42,795 nt of DNA from contig LWCA01000186.1 in NCBI GenBank assembly GCA_001642005.1, forward strand, positions 1 to 42,795, in the 5' to 3' direction. The notes beneath the pieces are model-generated. The model was not told the origin of the DNA, made no database searches, and worked only from the letters and a program-made list of their open reading frames with translations. Below, one piece after another: positions 40,401 through 42,795 of the stretch (the stretch's first letter is position 1; every line of letters starts with the position of its first letter). A program made the translations under genes and the position numbers. The DNA comes from Intoshia linei. Taxonomy: Eukaryota > Animalia > Orthonectida.

Positions 40401-41768
40401 TTTTATCATTATTTTATTATAATTCGCTCGAATTTTTTTCAGTGGGGCCTGGGATTTTTTTAAGAATAAAAGTGGGGACTAGCATAAAAAAGGTTGGAAA
40501 CACTGGTATAGATGTAATAAAAAATAAATTTTAACAGTACAGGTATCCCCTCGATTAACGTCAAATTCAGTTAGCGCGGTATTTTCTTTTGTGCCCTTCC
40601 TCAATTAACGCGGTAAAAAATGAATTTAACGCAAAATTTAAAATATTTATGAAAAATGCTTTTAAAAAAACTTTTTTGTGTATTTAATTAATATTAAACA
40701 TAAATAATGATATTAAAATTATTTTTGTTGGTTAATTATTTCAAAAGTCAGTCAATATATTTTTTGAATGCAAATTAATTGTACGTTTTTCTTTACATTT
40801 TATTAATGTCTTAATCTGGAATTTTCAATAATAAACAACTATTTCCTTTATTTGCTAATGATTTTCCTCAATTACCCAGTGTCAGACACATTTAACAAAA
40901 TTGCAAAAATTGGATGACATTAATGTCTACAATGTTGAGGAATTAATCAATTCATATTCGAACAAATTTAATAATGACGATCTAAACATTGCAGCATTTC
41001 TTACCCACCAAATTTAAATTCTGTCCCTGTCTAATAAAAAAAATCGAAGGAGTTGGCAGCGTTTACATTTTAAACATTAAGAACCCTCCGCTCAATCATC
41101 TATAAATGAAAGTTTCCGATTAAGAACCGGATAGTCAATTATTAATTTTTACTGTGAGAAAAAGAAACATACCCATAAATCTGTCAATTCCGTAAAGTGA
41201 GATAAATTATCCAAAGTAGATATTTTATTCCCAGCCAAATCCAATGTAATCAACTTTTTAAGGTTATCCAAATTTTTTATTTGTTCAATGCCATTATGAC
41301 TAATGTAAAATTCAGTCAATTCTTTCAACTTGTCCAAATTTTCAATAGTTAAAAACCTGTTACTCTTTTAAATTTATTAATTTGTAAAATAAAATTTTAT
41401 ATACCTGCAGAGACAATATTTTTAATTTTGTCAATGTTTCCAAATTTCTCAAATGGGCAATTTTATTTTGTCCAAGGTATAATTCTGTTAAATTAACCAA
41501 AGTTTCAATGTTTTCTATTCTCTACCATATACAATCATAAAAAGTTAAAAATATATTCAAATACAAAGTGAAAATAAATAAAATATAAATATAAATCCAA
41601 CTTACATGAATTCTATTTCCACCCAATTCCAGTAAATTCAAATTGATTAAATTTGATAAATTTTCAATTTTACTGATTCGATTATTAACCAAATATAAAT
41701 GCGTTAAATTAGTTAATTTATCCAAATTTTCAATCGTTTTTAATCGATTAAAAGAAAGGTCCAAATGT
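37406..41768 (-). CDS. PPP1R7: Protein phosphatase 1 regulatory subunit 7 (SDS22), 3' four exons; 5' exons outside window
   Basis: SDS22-type LRRs LDLSFNRL, LYLVNNRISKIENL, LELGGNRI, LYLGQNKI, LSLQ|SNR, FYISHNGI, LDLAGNKI, LW|MNDNKI, and cap LETVYMERNP...YRRKMKLHLPNLKQLDAT; exons 41768-41606, 41521-41405, 41364-41173, 37633-37406. Confidence 0.95.
37778..38025. mobile_element. Degenerate hAT-type MITE
   Basis: CATGGGTTCTTAACCT ... AGTTTAAGAAATCATTG imperfect inverted ends; flanks CTTTAACG / CTCTAAGC only partly match. Confidence 0.5.
38034..39121. mobile_element. hAT-type non-autonomous element containing a nested Helitron-like copy (minus strand, about 38340-38965)
   Basis: CAGCGTTTCTTAACC ... 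GGTTAAGAATCAGTG (12/15 match), CTCTAAGC duplication at 38026-38033 and 39122-39129; internal minus-strand A|TCCTTACTTATATAA at 38965. Confidence 0.8.
39852..40505 (+). mobile_element. Internally deleted Buster/Charlie-type hAT transposon with transposase C-terminal remnant
   Basis: CAGTGTTACC...GGTTGGAAACACTG, GTATAGAT duplication at 39844-39851 and 40506-40513; internal LLPFPSCYLAE*GFSAVLDLL / RGDLRLKLTTLVPNINKLCQNRQAQSSH*. Confidence 0.9.
40540..41000 (+). mobile_element. Tigger/pogo-type remnant
   Basis: TA|CAGGTATCCCCTCGATTAACG left end; LDDINVYNVEELINSYSNKFNNDDL near 40910-40985 resembles the Tigger acidic C-terminus; no right end found. Confidence 0.5.
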
Positions 41769-41788
41769 CTAAATACACAAGTATTGTA

Positions 41789-42313
41789 CAGTCTACGTCC
41801 TATTTAACAAAATTTTTGGAACTCAAAAATTTAGGAATTCCGCTAAACAGGACGTTTAGCGATGTTTTTCAATAAAAACGTCATATTTAACGGAATTATT
41901 TTATTAATTAAAATTATTAAATATAGCTATGAAGAGATATACATATTTCTTTATTGGAGATTGTGTATACTAAATAAATACATGTGAATGTTTATAATGA
42001 ATTATAATAGTTAATCAAATAAGTGGGGTAGATAGAAGCTATTTTTAGATTTTTTTAATATCGCTCAATAAAATAAAATTTATAAAATGTTAATTCTAGT
42101 TACTGAAATTTAAAAAATTATTTACATTTATTTATAAATTTATCAGATTTTTAAAAAATATTGGAATATTTTGGTTTGCTTTTTTTTATTTGAGATAATC
42201 TTGTAAATAAATAAGAAGACAACATATTTTAAGAGTAAAATTTTAATTAGCTTTAGAATTTTAGAATTTTTGGTGTCAAAATTTTAAAATTCTGTTAAAT
42301 AGGACTTAGATTG
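41789..42313. mobile_element. Tc1/mariner-pogo-type MITE in SDS22 intron
   Basis: TA|CAGTCTACGTCCTATTTAACAAAATTTT vs reverse complement CAATCTAAGTCCTATTTAACAGAATTTT, TA flanks. Confidence 0.8.
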
Positions 42314-42388
42314 TATATATAAAATAGAGAATATTCTTAAACCCACCCATTTTTACTAAAATCCAACCATTTTTATTGAAAATCAAAA

Positions 42389-42592
42389 TTTACCAACCTT
42401 TAAAGGAAAAATTCCAGTTTTACCAACCTTTAAGGGAAAAATCCAGTTTTATCAACCCTAAAAGGAAAATTTTAGTTTTACCAACCTTTAAAGGAAAAAT
42501 CGAGTTTTACCAACCCTAAAAGGAAAAATTCCAGTTTTACCAACCATTATGGGAAAACCCACTTTTACCAACCTTTAATGGAAAAATCGAGT
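42389..42592. repeat. Minisatellite, 7 copies of about 29-30 bp, within a MITE-family copy
   Basis: Consensus TTTACCAACCTTTAAAGGAAAAATCCAGT repeated contiguously without unique spacers. Confidence 0.9.
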
Positions 42593-42795
42593 TTTTGTTT
42601 TTGAGTTATATCATCCACTACAGACCCAAGTTAAAACTGAACTATTAAGATACCATATTATACCTACAAACCATATTACAAAAAAATTAGAAATATTCTA
42701 TGGTGTTCACACCAATGAATATTTTTTTATGATAATAAATCGAATGTAATTATGGCAATAGTAGAGTATTGTAATATATTTTACAAAAGCATTTT

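Noticed and set aside
42389-42592. Regular 29-30-bp repeats resembling a CRISPR array
   Set aside because: No unique spacers, eukaryotic intron context, and the units belong to a MITE family.

Overview
AT-rich, gene-dense eukaryotic (invertebrate animal) DNA. Intron sizes are bimodal: most are about 30-45 nt and a few reach 0.2-3.5 kb because they are filled with transposon debris. Ten spliced genes can be reconstructed by hand: REV1 (3' part), pyroglutamyl-peptidase I (PGPEP1), RME-8/DNAJC13, ARP3, SHMT, TIMELESS, ZNF830, SGF11/ATXN7L3, a Venus-kinase-receptor-like protein, and SDS22/PPP1R7 (3' part). Most neighbouring coding regions are only 3-106 bp apart. The strongest oddities are: (1) a receptor with a Venus-flytrap-type ectodomain and an intact but apparently catalytically dead tyrosine-kinase domain; (2) an AT-AC (U12-type) donor in ZNF830; (3) SHMT and TIMELESS stop codons only 3 bp apart; (4) long introns that can be traced to hAT/Tc1/Helitron insertions, including one that collapses back to 44 nt when the MITE is removed. 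The architecture resembles a miniaturised parasite genome such as an orthonectid, but that assignment is an untested guess. All homology calls come from recognising motifs by eye; no database search was run.
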